Shown here: positions 27,924-38,699 of the stretch, piece by piece
Numbering within the stretch: position 1 is the stretch's first letter
Layout: each line of letters starts with the position of its first letter
Origin: Candidatus Moraniibacteriota bacterium
GTDB lineage: Bacteria; Patescibacteriota; Minisyncoccia; Moranbacterales; UBA2206
Direction: 5' to 3'
Length of the DNA stretch: 64,000 bases
Assembly: GCA_026396175.1 (NCBI GenBank)
Contig: JAPLXG010000006.1
Span: 76,492-140,491 of the forward strand
Position numbers and translations under genes: made by a program
Notes under the pieces: model-generated
The model's input: the letters and a program-made list of their open reading frames with translations, nothing else
What the model was told of the DNA's origin: nothing
The model's database searches: none

Positions 27924-30900
27924 ATGAGCATTATTTGTATGCTTAAAGACTCCAAGAGTTTGAAGGTGAAAGGCGCCTTTAGTGACCAGTCATCTCTGTC
28001 CAAGAGAAAGTTTTTCAAATCAATGTCCATGGTATCTTTGCCAAACTTGATTGAAGTCCAGTCTAATTCCTATAACTGGCTTTTGGAAAAAGGGCTCAAG
28101 GAGCTTTTGGATGAAGTTAATCCGATTGTGGACTTCACAGAAAAAGACTTGGAGCTATCTTTTAAGGAATACTATCTTGACGAACCGAAGTATAACGAAG
28201 TTGTTGCCAAGAACAAAAATATCTCCTATGAAGCGCCTTTGCGTTGCAAGGCACAGCTACTCATCAAAAAAACCGGAGAAGTGAAAGAACAAGAAATCTA
28301 CCTCGGCGACTTTCCGCTGATGACTGATCGCGGAACCTTCATCATCAACGGCGTGGAAAGAGTGGTGGTGAGCCAGATTATTAGAAGCCCCGGCGTGTTT
28401 TTCTCGATGGATTATCAAAAAGGCAAGAAGCTATTCGGAGCAAAGATCATTCCTAATCGCGGAGCGTGGCTCGAAATTGAAACCGATACGGAAGGCGCAA
28501 TTTATGTCAAAATTGACCGGAAAAGAAAGGTGGCTATCACCTCGCTTTTGCGGGCTTTTGGTTATGGAACAGACGCGAAAGTACTAGAATTATTTAAAGA
28601 TGCAGATAAAGGTGAAGTGTCTTTCATCGAAGAAACAATTAAAAAAGATATCGCTAAAAGTCAAGGTGAAGGTTATAAAGAAGTCTACAAGAGAATTCGA
28701 CCAGGTGATTTGGCAACTGAATCAAATGCCAAGCAAGTGATTGACTCGATGTTTTTTAGTTTTGAAAAATATGACTTTGGTGCCGTGGGACGTTATCGCT
28801 TAAACCAAAGATTGGAAGTGGAAGCACCAAATGATGAATTACATCGCGTGCTCACTCACGATGATCTCGTTCGCATTATCAAAGAAATCATCCGCCTCAA
28901 CAACGATCCAATGGCGATTGCTGATGATATTGACCACCTTGGAAACAGACGCGTTCGCTCAGTGGGAGAGCTCGTGCAAAACAAGTTGCGCGTTGGATTT
29001 GCCAGAACTGTGCGAAATATCAAAGACCGGATGAGTACCTGTGATATGGAAACGGTCGTGCCTGGACAGCTTGTTAACTCTCGTCCAATTGCCGCTTCGA
29101 TCAAAGAATTTTTTGCCAGTTCGCAACTTTCGCAATTTATGGACCAAGTCAATCCTTTGGCGGAACTTGAGCACAAACGCCGCATCAGTGCGATGGGACC
29201 AGGCGGACTCACGCGTGAGCGCGCCGGTTTTGAAGTGCGCGACGTGCATCATTCTCACTATGGACGCATCTGTCCCGTGGAAACTCCGGAAGGACCGAAT
29301 ATCGGTCTGGTTGGACATTTGGCCACATATACAAAAATTAATCAATATGGATTTTTGGAAACTCCTTATCTGCGAGTATACAAGGAAGTAGAAAACAACG
29401 AAGAGAAGCTTTTGAATAAAATATTAGACGAAACAGTAGCGGGCGTAGCAGTCGGAACACTTTTGAACGCTGAAAATGCCAAAAAAGTTTCCAAGGATAA
29501 AGCCAAAACAATTAAAGTCAAACCATTTGTCAGTAAAGATATCGATTACATCAATGCAACCGTGGAAGATCGCAAAAATATTACCCACGCCGGAATTAAG
29601 ATGGATGAATTTGGCAATATTTTGGACGAAGTAGTTGGCGCGAGAGTGAAAGGCAACACGACCGAAATCGAAGCGACTAAATTAGATTACATCGATGTGT
29701 CGGCCAAGCAATGTATCTCAGTGGCAACTTCACTCATTCCATTTTTGGAGCATGACGATGCTAATCGGGCGCTGATGGGTTCAAATATGCAACGCCAAGC
29801 CGTGTCTTGCGTGAAACCGCAGGCACCACTCGTGGGAACCGGAATCGAAGACAAAGCGGCGGTTGATTCGGGACAGGTTGTTGTCGCACGCGCCGCGGGA
29901 GAGGTGACCGAAGTGGACGCTGATCATATCATTATCAAAGAAGAAGCGCCAGTGGGAGCGAAAAAACCATTTCTCAAACGTGATTATCATTTGCAAAGTT
30001 TTGTTAAATCCAATGCCTTCACCTCGATGAACCAAGTACCGCGTGTGGCGAAAGGAGATATCGTGAAGAAAGGCCAACTTTTGGCTGACGGCGCATCAAC
30101 TGATCACGGCGAATTATCTTTGGGACAAAATATCGTGGTGGCTTTTATTCCATGGGAAGGCTCCAACTATGAAGACGCGATTATTATTTCGGAAAAATTA
30201 GTGCAAGATGATCGCTATAGCTCAATCCATATTGAAGATTTTTCAATTGACGTGCGTGATACCAAGCTCGGGCCAGAACTGATTACTCGTGATATTCCCA
30301 ATATTGGTGAAGAGCGCCTCAAAAATCTAGACGAAACTGGTATTATCGTTATTGGCGCCGAAGTGGCTTCCGGAGACATTTTGGTGGGAAAAATTTCACC
30401 AAAAGGTGAAGGTGACTTGACATCAGAAGAAAGGCTACTCCGCGCAATTTTTGGAGAAAAGTCCCGTGATGTCAAAGACAGTTCACTTTATCTTCCACAC
30501 GGTGAATATGGTAAAGTAGTGGATATTAAAATCTTTTCGCGTGAACAAGGCGACAAACTTTCGACCGGCGTGATCCAGCAAATTCAAGTTTCGGTGGCAC
30601 AACTCAAAAAAATCTCCGTGGGAGATAAATTAGCCGGACGCCATGGAAATAAAGGTGTGATTTCCCGCATTGCTCCAGTGGAAGATATGCCATATCTGCC
30701 AGATGGAACTCCGGTAGATATGATTCTTAATCCTCTTGGAGTGGCAAGCCGTATGAATATCGGACAAATTTTGGAAACTCATCTTGGTTGGGCGGCGCTT
30801 AAATTGGGCTACAAAGCGGCGACTCCAGCGTTGGAAGGTGTGACGGAAAAGCAGATCAAGGAAGAATTGAAAAAAGCGGGACTGCCAGTGAGCGGAAAAG

Positions 30901-31361
30901 TGCGACTCAAAAATGGACGATCTGGTGAATTATTCGACAATGAATCAACAGTTGGCGTGATGTATGTGATGAAACTTCACCATTTGGTGGATGACAAAAT
31001 TCATATGCGTTCAATCGGACCATACTCCCTCATCACTCAGCAACCATTGGGAGGAAAAGCGCAATTCGGAGGACAAAGATTTGGAGAAATGGAAGTGTGG
31101 GCGCTGGAAGGTTATGGCGCTTCATATACCCTGCAAGAAATGCTGACAATCAAATCAGATGACCAAATGGGACGCTCGAAAGCCTATGAGTCAATCATCA
31201 AGGGCGATCCGATTAAGAGTCCGAATGTGCCAGCTTCTTTTCATGTGCTTGTGAGCGAACTCAAGGGATTGGGACTGAACGTAGAACTGAATGAAACCAG
31301 CGCTGATGGTAATGCTGATGTTGATGAAGTGCGGGTGAATCAGGATGATGAAAGTATTTAA
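27924..31361 (+). CDS. rpoB: RNA polymerase subunit beta (true start may be 27939)
   Basis: GTFIINGVERV, SSQLSQFMDQ, GDKLAGRHGNKG, GGQRFGEMEVWALE. Confidence 0.99.
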   Translation: MSIICMLKDSKSLKVKGAFSDQSSLSKRKFFKSMSMVSLPNLIEVQSNSYNWLLEKGLKELLDEVNPIVDFTEKDLELSFKEYYLDEPKYNEVVAKNKNISYEAPLRCKAQLLIKKTGEVKEQEIYLGDFPLMTDRGTFIINGVERVVVSQIIRSPGVFFSMDYQKGKKLFGAKIIPNRGAWLEIETDTEGAIYVKIDRKRKVAITSLLRAFGYGTDAKVLELFKDADKGEVSFIEETIKKDIAKSQGEGYKEVYKRIRPGDLATESNAKQVIDSMFFSFEKYDFGAVGRYRLNQRLEVEAPNDELHRVLTHDDLVRIIKEIIRLNNDPMAIADDIDHLGNRRVRSVGELVQNKLRVGFARTVRNIKDRMSTCDMETVVPGQLVNSRPIAASIKEFFASSQLSQFMDQVNPLAELEHKRRISAMGPGGLTRERAGFEVRDVHHSHYGRICPVETPEGPNIGLVGHLATYTKINQYGFLETPYLRVYKEVENNEEKLLNKILDETVAGVAVGTLLNAENAKKVSKDKAKTIKVKPFVSKDIDYINATVEDRKNITHAGIKMDEFGNILDEVVGARVKGNTTEIEATKLDYIDVSAKQCISVATSLIPFLEHDDANRALMGSNMQRQAVSCVKPQAPLVGTGIEDKAAVDSGQVVVARAAGEVTEVDADHIIIKEEAPVGAKKPFLKRDYHLQSFVKSNAFTSMNQVPRVAKGDIVKKGQLLADGASTDHGELSLGQNIVVAFIPWEGSNYEDAIIISEKLVQDDRYSSIHIEDFSIDVRDTKLGPELITRDIPNIGEERLKNLDETGIIVIGAEVASGDILVGKISPKGEGDLTSEERLLRAIFGEKSRDVKDSSLYLPHGEYGKVVDIKIFSREQGDKLSTGVIQQIQVSVAQLKKISVGDKLAGRHGNKGVISRIAPVEDMPYLPDGTPVDMILNPLGVASRMNIGQILETHLGWAALKLGYKAATPALEGVTEKQIKEELKKAGLPVSGKVRLKNGRSGELFDNESTVGVMYVMKLHHLVDDKIHMRSIGPYSLITQQPLGGKAQFGGQRFGEMEVWALEGYGASYTLQEMLTIKSDDQMGRSKAYESIIKGDPIKSPNVPASFHVLVSELKGLGLNVELNETSADGNADVDEVRVNQDDESI

Positions 31362-31460
31362 CCGATTCGAATCTACCTGCCTACCGGCAGGCAGGCGAAT
31401 GAATGCGAATCTACGAAATAGAACCGATACGAAACTACGAATGAAATACGAATCTACGAA
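31361..31460 (+). repeat. Two tandem TACGAA arms, reverse complements of the S10-operon repeat right arm
   Basis: ACCGATTCGAATCTA[20 bp]CGAATGAATGCGAATCTACGAA and ACCGATACGAAACTACGAATGAAATACGAATCTACGAA. Confidence 0.85.
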
Positions 31461-31537
31461 AAATAAGAAAGGTGTTTAAAAATTAATAATTCGTATGTCC
31501 CCCGTTCGTAGTGGGGGTTCGCGAAGCGAATAACTTT

Positions 31538-34500
31538 ATGATGGATTCAATCACTAACACTAAGACCAGCAATTTCTCAAGCGTGCGACTCAAAGTTGCC
31601 AGTCCGGCCGAAATCCTCGACTGGTCCAACGGAGAAGTTACGAAGCCCGAGACGATTAACTATCGGACCCAGCGCTATGAAAAAGACGGACTTTTCTGTG
31701 AGAAAATTTTTGGACCTTCGCGGGACTGGGAATGTTATTGCGGAAAATATAAGCGCATCCGTTACAAAGGCATCGTTTGCGACAAGTGCGGCGTGGAAGT
31801 GACCAGAAGCGTCGTGCGGCGTGAACGGATGGGACACATCAAATTGGCTGTGCCGGTTTCGCACATCTGGTTTTTGCGTGGCGTACCATCAAAAATTGGC
31901 TTGGCACTGGGAATGGGCGTGCAAGATTTGGAACGCGTGATCTATTTTTCCAGCTATGTGGTTTTGAGTGTGGACGAAGCGGAAAAAGAAAAGGCGCTTG
32001 CTCAAATCGAACAAGAAGTAAAATCCAAACAGAAAGAATTGGAGAAAAATTTTCAAGATGAAGAGGACAAAAAAAGAACCAAACTGGAAGGACTGAAAGA
32101 AATTTATCGCGCTTCTAAGGAAGAATTGAAAAATTTGCGCAAATATCAAATCATTTCGGAAATTGAATATTTCAATCTGTCTTCTCGTTATGGGCAAGTG
32201 TTTACAGCTGGAATCGGAGCGGAAGCGGTGAGAAAGCTTTTGGAAGAGTTGAATATGGAAGAGGAAATCACCAAATATAAAGCGATGCTGGAAAGTGAAG
32301 AAGAAATCGCGGACAAGAAAAAGGTGATGAAACGCATCAAACTGCTTAATGGCCTCGTTAATGCTAAACTTAAACCGGAGTGGATGCTACCGGTGGTTAT
32401 TCCTGTTATCCCACCAGATTTGCGTCCGATGGTTGCCTTGGACGGTGGTCGTTTTGCGACATCCGACATCAACGATCTTTATCGTCGCATCATCAACAGA
32501 AACAATCGTCTCAAAAAATTGATGGAAATCGGTGCGCCGGAAGTGATTACCAGAAATGAAAAACGCATGCTGCAAGAAGCAGTTGATGCTCTCTTTGATA
32601 ATAGCGCGCGAAAATCACAAGTGAGCGTGGCCGCATCAACTGGGCAACGTCGCGCGTTGAAATCTTTGGCGGATACTTTGAAAGGTAAGCAAGGACGTTT
32701 CCGTCAGAACCTTTTGGGAAAACGCGTCGACTATTCCGGACGTAGCGTAATCGTGGTCGGACCGAAATTGAAATTGCACCAATGCGGATTACCGAAGAAA
32801 ATGGCGTTGGAACTTTTCAAACCTTTTATTATCAATAAATTAATTGAGAGAGAATTAGCCTACAACGTCCGCTCTGCCGGAAAAATGGTGGAAGCAGAAT
32901 CGGAAGAAGCCTATGACATTTTGGATGAAATTATTTCGCATCACTATGTGCTTTTAAACCGTGCCCCCACTCTGCATCGTCTGTCAATCCAAGCTTTTCA
33001 ACCAGTGCTCATTGAAGGCAAAGCGATTCAGATTCATCCGATGGTTTGCTCCGCGTTCAATGCAGACTTTGACGGCGACCAGATGGCGGTTCACGTTCCA
33101 CTGACTGACAAAGCGCGTTGGGAAAGTGCCAACCTGATGCTTTCTTCTAAAAATCTTTTGAAACCGGCCAGTGGCGAGCCGATCATCACTCCAACACTGG
33201 ATATGGTTTTGGGTTGCTACTACATTACGCATATTTTGGCTGGTGCTAAAGGTGAAGGAAGAATTTTTGGCTCAGCTGATGAAGCAATTTTAGCCCAAGA
33301 ATTGGGTCAAGTGGATGTGCGCGCGAAAATTAAAGTGCGCTTGAACGGCGAGATGCTGGAAACTTCGATTGGAAGAATTCGACTAAATAATATTATCCCG
33401 AACGAAATTGGTTTTCAAAACTATGAGATGACCAAGAAAGAATTGAAATCCCTCGTGGCAAAGGTACTCGAAGTTTGTGGTCAAGAAGCAACAGCCATTT
33501 TTGTCGATGAAATTAAAAATCTTGGTTTTGCGTCAGTCACAAAATCCGGTATCAGTTGGGGAATGGACGACCTGAATGTACCGACGGATAAACAAGAAAT
33601 TATGGACGAGGCGGAAAAGAAAGTCGAAGTGGTCAAGAAGCAATATAATTTAGGACTTCTCACTGAAAGCGAGCGCAAAGGTAAAGTGATTGAAATTTGG
33701 AATGATACGAAAAATAAAATTACTGATCGCGTGCGCGAATCGATGGACAAAGAAGGACCAGTTTATTCGATGGTTTATTCCAAGGCTCGTGGATCAGAAT
33801 CCGTGGTGGTGCAGATGGCCGGAATGAAGGGTTTGATGGCAGGACCAACCGGGGAGACAATCGAACTGCCAATCAAGAGTTGTTTCAAAGAAGGAATGAA
33901 CGTGCTCGAATATTTTATCTCTACTCATGGTGCCCGAAAAGGTATGGCCGATACCGCTCTGCGAACGGCGACCGCCGGTTATCTGACTCGCCGCCTTGTT
34001 GACGTGGCGCAAGATGTGATTGTGCGCGAAGAAGATTGTCATGACACAGACGGAGCCTATATCTATAAAGAAGATTCCGATCGCATCGGACAAAATTTCG
34101 CTAGTCGCGCCGTTGGTCGGGTGTTGGCGGAAGATATTTTGGATGCTAAGGGTAAGGCAGTTTTAAAAACCGGAAAATTAGTGACCAAGGAAGACGCAGA
34201 ACTGATTGAAAAAGCCTTGCCGGAAAAAATCAAAATCCGCACTGTTGCTACTTGCAAAACCCCTCGCGGAGTTTGTCAGAAATGCTACGGAATGGATCTT
34301 GGGCGGGGACACTTGGTGGAGGTTGGTCAAGCAGTGGGAATTGTGGCGGCGCAAGCGATTGGCGAGCCAGGAACCCAACTCACGATGCGTACTTTTCACA
34401 TTGGAGGTATTGCCGGATCAGACATTACGCAAGGTTTGCCTCGCGTGGAAGAAATTTTTGAAGCGCGTCCTCCGAAGGGAGAAGCGATTATTTCCGAAAT

Positions 34501-35125
34501 TGATGGTAAGGTTGTGGAAATTGAAAACGCTGACAAATCAGTGATTGTTAAAATCGAATCGACTGACACAGTTGACCTTGTCAAAGAATATCAAGTTTCC
34601 ATCGGTAGTACACTCAACGTTGCCGTGGGCGATTTAGTCGCCAAGGGAGCGCAACTGAGCGAAGGGCACATTGATCTTAAAAAACTCTACGCCACAATGG
34701 GACGCGAAGCCGTGCATCGCTATATTACTCGCGAAATTCAGGATGTTTATGCAGCGCAAGGCGAAGGCATTAATGATAAGCATATTGAAGTGATTGTGAG
34801 ACAAATGTTTAGCCGCGTTTCCATCATAAACGAAGGAAGCTCTGATTTCCTTCCGGGCGATATCTTTGAAATCGATGAATTCAATGAAGCGAACATTCGT
34901 GCCAAAGCCAAAGGCGGCGAAGAAGCAACCGGCGAGCGTATCCTTTTGGGAATTACAAAAGTGGCTCTTTCCACTGAAAGCTTCCTTTCCGCAGCCTCTT
35001 TCCAAGAAACAGCTAGGGTGCTGATTAACGCCGCTGTTTCCGGTAAAGAAGACAAACTCAGAGGTCTCAAGGAAAACGTGATCATTGGAAAATTGATTCC
35101 AGCCGGAACCGGTTTCCAAAGATAA
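31538..35125 (+). CDS. rpoC: RNA polymerase subunit beta'
   Basis: NADFDGDQM catalytic motif, Zn finger, [10 protein letters not shown]; start set at ATG 31538. Confidence 0.99.
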   Translation: MMDSITNTKTSNFSSVRLKVASPAEILDWSNGEVTKPETINYRTQRYEKDGLFCEKIFGPSRDWECYCGKYKRIRYKGIVCDKCGVEVTRSVVRRERMGHIKLAVPVSHIWFLRGVPSKIGLALGMGVQDLERVIYFSSYVVLSVDEAEKEKALAQIEQEVKSKQKELEKNFQDEEDKKRTKLEGLKEIYRASKEELKNLRKYQIISEIEYFNLSSRYGQVFTAGIGAEAVRKLLEELNMEEEITKYKAMLESEEEIADKKKVMKRIKLLNGLVNAKLKPEWMLPVVIPVIPPDLRPMVALDGGRFATSDINDLYRRIINRNNRLKKLMEIGAPEVITRNEKRMLQEAVDALFDNSARKSQVSVAASTGQRRALKSLADTLKGKQGRFRQNLLGKRVDYSGRSVIVVGPKLKLHQCGLPKKMALELFKPFIINKLIERELAYNVRSAGKMVEAESEEAYDILDEIISHHYVLLNRAPTLHRLSIQAFQPVLIEGKAIQIHPMVCSAFNADFDGDQMAVHVPLTDKARWESANLMLSSKNLLKPASGEPIITPTLDMVLGCYYITHILAGAKGEGRIFGSADEAILAQELGQVDVRAKIKVRLNGEMLETSIGRIRLNNIIPNEIGFQNYEMTKKELKSLVAKVLEVCGQEATAIFVDEIKNLGFASVTKSGISWGMDDLNVPTDKQEIMDEAEKKVEVVKKQYNLGLLTESERKGKVIEIWNDTKNKITDRVRESMDKEGPVYSMVYSKARGSESVVVQMAGMKGLMAGPTGETIELPIKSCFKEGMNVLEYFISTHGARKGMADTALRTATAGYLTRRLVDVAQDVIVREEDCHDTDGAYIYKEDSDRIGQNFASRAVGRVLAEDILDAKGKAVLKTGKLVTKEDAELIEKALPEKIKIRTVATCKTPRGVCQKCYGMDLGRGHLVEVGQAVGIVAAQAIGEPGTQLTMRTFHIGGIAGSDITQGLPRVEEIFEARPPKGEAIISEIDGKVVEIENADKSVIVKIESTDTVDLVKEYQVSIGSTLNVAVGDLVAKGAQLSEGHIDLKKLYATMGREAVHRYITREIQDVYAAQGEGINDKHIEVIVRQMFSRVSIINEGSSDFLPGDIFEIDEFNEANIRAKAKGGEEATGERILLGITKVALSTESFLSAASFQETARVLINAAVSGKEDKLRGLKENVIIGKLIPAGTGFQR

Positions 35126-35152
35126 GACTAAAAATAGTCAGACTTTAGATAA

Positions 35153-35183
35153 AAAAGCACTTCGCCTGAGCGAGGTGCTTTTT
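35153..35183 (+). terminator. Terminator after rpoC
   Basis: AAAAGCACTTCGC-CTGA-GCGAGGTGCTTTTT. Confidence 0.75.
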
Positions 35184-35307
35184 GGTTTATTCCATAAAAA
35201 TGTAAACAATATGAGTCCTTGCGCTAATTTTTAATTATTGGTATATTTGCAACAAGGAGGAAAGAGTTTTGGAAGGGGCTTTTCCTAATTTTCTTAGTTT
35301 AATTACT

Positions 35308-35700
35308 ATGGAAAAAAAATTGAATAAAACTGAAGGCAAGAAAATTCTGATCATTGAAGATCAGCAAATTTTCATTGAAATGTTCGGGGATAAGTTGAAG
35401 CAAGATGGCTTTCAGGTGACTTCTGCCAAAAATGGAGCCTGGGGAATCAAAGAAGCGCTTTCCAAAGATTTTGATTTGCTGGTTATCGATATGGTAATGC
35501 CGGCGATGAATGGGGAGGAAATTGTGGCTAAACTTAAAATGGAAGAGAAAACGAAAAATCTTCCTATCATTATTATTTCTGCTTCAGTTGATGAGGAAAC
35601 CCAAAAACGCGTTGAACAAATGGGCATTGAGGCCTTTTTTATTAAAACAAGAATTACCCCGAGCGATCTATCACGAAAAATACAGGAAATATTAAAGTAA
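35308..35700 (+). CDS. Single-domain response regulator (receiver)
   Basis: ILIIED, DMVMPAMNG, IIISA, FIK; ATG at 35308. Confidence 0.9.
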   Translation: MEKKLNKTEGKKILIIEDQQIFIEMFGDKLKQDGFQVTSAKNGAWGIKEALSKDFDLLVIDMVMPAMNGEEIVAKLKMEEKTKNLPIIIISASVDEETQKRVEQMGIEAFFIKTRITPSDLSRKIQEILK

Positions 35701-35714
35701 GTTCGAATTTTTGC

Positions 35715-35743
35715 TTGACTTTTGTGGTCAGGTGGTGTATACT
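35715..35743 (+). promoter_or_regulatory. Sigma70 promoter
   Basis: TTGACT-17-TACTAT. Confidence 0.55.
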
Positions 35744-35847
35744 ATAAGGGTATAAATAGGAAGCGGGTGAGCCCGCTTTCTTTTTATTTTAAGCAAAAAT
35801 CCAAGTGATCGGGAGCTTAATTCTCGAGTTTGGACAAAAACAAAAAT

Positions 35848-36009
35848 ATGAAAGAAGACATGGAAGAGCAAAAGGACGAGTGTAAATGCCCCGAGTGTGA
35901 GGCGAGAAACGCTGAGCACTTAGAGTCGGAGACGATGAATCTCGCGATTCTTTTGGCGCTTATGCCCGCGCTCACAATCACCTTTTTGAGTAATGCTGGG
36001 TTTTTTTAA
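35848..36009 (+). CDS. 53-aa small protein with CxCxxC and a C-terminal TM helix (not in ORF track)
   Basis: MKEDMEEQKDECKCPECEARNAEHLESETMNLAILLALMPALTITFLSNAGFF*, with its own promoter. Confidence 0.6.
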   Translation: MKEDMEEQKDECKCPECEARNAEHLESETMNLAILLALMPALTITFLSNAGFF

Positions 36010-36050
36010 GATCGTGATTATATGTAGCTGGCCTCTTTGAGAGGGGCTCG

Positions 36051-36080
36051 CCCCGCACCTAGCCGAAGCTAGGTGCGGGG
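36051..36080. repeat. Collapsed CCCGCAC-family hairpin, possibly acting as a terminator
   Basis: CCCCGCACCTAGC-CGAA-GCTAGGTGCGGGG followed by TTTT. Confidence 0.65.
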
Positions 36081-36183
36081 TTTTATGTTTTCCAAATTTG
36101 TGCTAAACTAGTCTTATCGTGTAGTTTTCAAAAATTATAATTCGTGTGTCCCCGCTAAGGCGGGATTCACAAGGCGAATAACA

Positions 36184-38550
36184 ATGGGACGAAAAAAAAA
36201 GCTAGCAAAAGAAAAAGAAAATAAAACAGAGGAGTCAAAAGAAAGCCGATTTGATTTTTCTCTTTCCTCGGATGTCAAAAGAAATGTGGCCGGAGTGATT
36301 TTATTTACCCTGGCGGTTTTGACGGCGCTGGGTTTTTTTGGTTATGCCGGCGTGGTGGGTAAATTTTTGGATAAATTGATCGGTCAGGCCATCGGTTGGG
36401 CAAAATTTGTTTTTCCGCTGTTTTTGATTTTGGCCGGCGTGGTTCTGTTTTTTAGAAAAAAAACAATTTTTTATGTGACGAAATTGGGGGGGCTTTTGGT
36501 AATTTTTGTGAGTATCACTGGAATGTTCCACTGGTTTTTTGACATGTCAAAAATGGAAGCGGTGGCGAAAAGTGGAAAAGGCGGTGGCTATGTCGGCTAT
36601 GTCGTGGCCTATGCAGCAATCAAATTTCTGGGTAATGCCGGAAGTTTTGTTGTTATTTCAGCGTTATTTTTGTTAGGGGTAATTATTGCTTTTGAATTTT
36701 CTATCGTTAACTTTACGGGGCGTTTTAAAAAGGCCGAAACGGAGCAAAGCGCAGAAGAAACTCAAAATGATGCAGAGACGAGAGGGCAGGACTATGCGGA
36801 AGATGAAGTGCAAAACGAACTGGAAATGGTGCGTGACGAGCAAAGGGAATTGGAAATGTTGGCGAAAGAAAATATTGGCAAGATAAAATTTGTGGAAGGG
36901 CGAGATCAATTTATTTCTGATAGTTTAATCGGCGATGAAGATGAATCAGTGGACAGTCCTTTTTCTCGAAAAAATTTATCCGCTGGAGGGGACAATAAAA
37001 AAGTCAGAAATGCCAAATGGAAATTTCCTCCGGTAGATATTTTGGAAAAAGCCAGTGGAGTAGCGAAAGGCGGGGACACCGAGCTGAATGCGCAGCTGAT
37101 TGAAAATGCTCTGCGTAATTTTGGAATTGAGGTGGAGCGAGGGGAAATCAAAGTTGGTCCTTCGGTGACACAATATAGTTTTCGCCCGGCAGTGGGAGTG
37201 AAAATTGCCAAAATTCTAGCGTTGCAAAATGATTTATCTTTGGCGCTATCTAATATAATCAGGATTGAAGCGCCAATTCCCGGAAAATCGCTCATCGGGA
37301 TTGAAGTGCCGAATAAGAGTGCTTCCTTTGTGCGTTTGCGCTCGATTTTGGAGAGCAAGGATTTTAAAAATCGAAAGTCTAATCTGACCGTGGCGATTGG
37401 TGAAGATGTCAGTGGCAATTATATTTTTGGCAGTTTGGACAAAATGCCGCACTTGATGGTAGCGGGAGCGACGGGAACAGGAAAATCGGTCTGCGTCAAT
37501 TCCATTATTATGATGTTGCTCTATCAAAATTCTCCCGAAGAATTGAAGTTCATTATGGTAGACCCTAAGCGCGTGGAGTTATCACTGTATAACGGCATCG
37601 CGCATCTGCTAACTCCGGTGATTGTGGAAAATGCCAAAGTGATCAATACTTTGCGTTGGGCGGTTTCGGAAATGGAGAAGCGCTATAAATTATTTCAAGA
37701 AGTCGGTGTGCGGGATATTATTTCTTACAAAGAAAAAATTAAAAGCGGTGAAAAAAGAAAATTAATTGACGCTGAGACGGGTGAAGTGAGCGAAGAAGAT
37801 TTGAAAAATATTCCTTACATCGTAATCGTGGTTGACGAGCTGGCGGATCTGATGGGTAGCCACGGGAAAGAAGTGGAAGGGGCGATTGTGCGCATTGCGC
37901 AAATGGCGCGCGCAGTGGGAATTCATTTGATCATTTCCACTCAGCGTCCGTCCGTCGAGGTGATTACGGGGCTAATTAAAGCCAATATTACAACAAGAAT
38001 TTCTTTCCAAGTAGCAACGCAGATTGATTCGCGCACCGTTTTGGATATGGCTGGGGCGGAGAAACTTTTGGGCAATGGCGATCTGCTCTATGTTTCCGCT
38101 AGCTCGCCCAAACCGCAAAGAATCCAAGGTGTGTTTGTGACGGAACGGGAAGTGAAGGAAATTGTGAAGTTTATCAAAGACGAAAACAAACGCGACATTG
38201 TGGATGAGGAAAATTTTTCTAATGTTATCACAGGGGGTGCTTCCACCGTTGCCCAGGAGCTCGATAATTTCAACGGTTTTTCTGATGAGAATAATGATGA
38301 GCTCTACGCGGCGGCGAAAAAAGAAATCCTGCAATCGAAAAAAGCTTCCGCCTCATTTTTGCAAAGACGTCTGCGTGTCGGTTATGCGCGAGCGGCGAGA
38401 CTACTCGACATTCTGGAAGAAAAGGGTGTAGTTGGTCCGGCGGATGGAGCAAAGGCGCGTGAAATTTATGGTCTTCCCGAAGAAGCTGGAACGGTCTATA
38501 ATAATGATGATGCGGCCGACCAACAGAAGCGGGATAAGTGGGAGATGTAA
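36184..38550 (+). CDS. ftsK: DNA translocase FtsK/SpoIIIE
   Basis: N-terminal TMs, PHLMVAGATGTGKS, DELADLM, gamma domain LQRRLRVGYARAARL. Confidence 0.96.
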   Translation: MGRKKKLAKEKENKTEESKESRFDFSLSSDVKRNVAGVILFTLAVLTALGFFGYAGVVGKFLDKLIGQAIGWAKFVFPLFLILAGVVLFFRKKTIFYVTKLGGLLVIFVSITGMFHWFFDMSKMEAVAKSGKGGGYVGYVVAYAAIKFLGNAGSFVVISALFLLGVIIAFEFSIVNFTGRFKKAETEQSAEETQNDAETRGQDYAEDEVQNELEMVRDEQRELEMLAKENIGKIKFVEGRDQFISDSLIGDEDESVDSPFSRKNLSAGGDNKKVRNAKWKFPPVDILEKASGVAKGGDTELNAQLIENALRNFGIEVERGEIKVGPSVTQYSFRPAVGVKIAKILALQNDLSLALSNIIRIEAPIPGKSLIGIEVPNKSASFVRLRSILESKDFKNRKSNLTVAIGEDVSGNYIFGSLDKMPHLMVAGATGTGKSVCVNSIIMMLLYQNSPEELKFIMVDPKRVELSLYNGIAHLLTPVIVENAKVINTLRWAVSEMEKRYKLFQEVGVRDIISYKEKIKSGEKRKLIDAETGEVSEEDLKNIPYIVIVVDELADLMGSHGKEVEGAIVRIAQMARAVGIHLIISTQRPSVEVITGLIKANITTRISFQVATQIDSRTVLDMAGAEKLLGNGDLLYVSASSPKPQRIQGVFVTEREVKEIVKFIKDENKRDIVDEENFSNVITGGASTVAQELDNFNGFSDENNDELYAAAKKEILQSKKASASFLQRRLRVGYARAARLLDILEEKGVVGPADGAKAREIYGLPEEAGTVYNNDDAADQQKRDKWEM

Positions 38551-38552
38551 AC

Positions 38553-38698
38553 CCTACGAAAGTACAAAAAAATACAAAAATACAAAAGTACAAATAGAAA
38601 AGACGCGATTCTGTGCCGGATAAAAATCGCAGTGTTTTTTGTACTTTTGTATTTTTGTATAAATTCGTAATTTTGTAGTGACTTGTAATTTTGTAGTG
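38553..38698. repeat. TACAAA/TACGAA inverted-repeat element filling the ftsK-rodZ gap
   Basis: (TACAAAA)n left arm, (TTTTGTA)n right arm and a central GCGATT..AATCGC hairpin. Confidence 0.7.
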
Positions 38699-38699
38699 T

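Noticed and set aside
27924-35125. Inteins or self-splicing introns in rpoB, rpoC, recA or recQ
   Set aside because: The ORFs are uninterrupted and of normal or short length, with no intein-like insertions visible.
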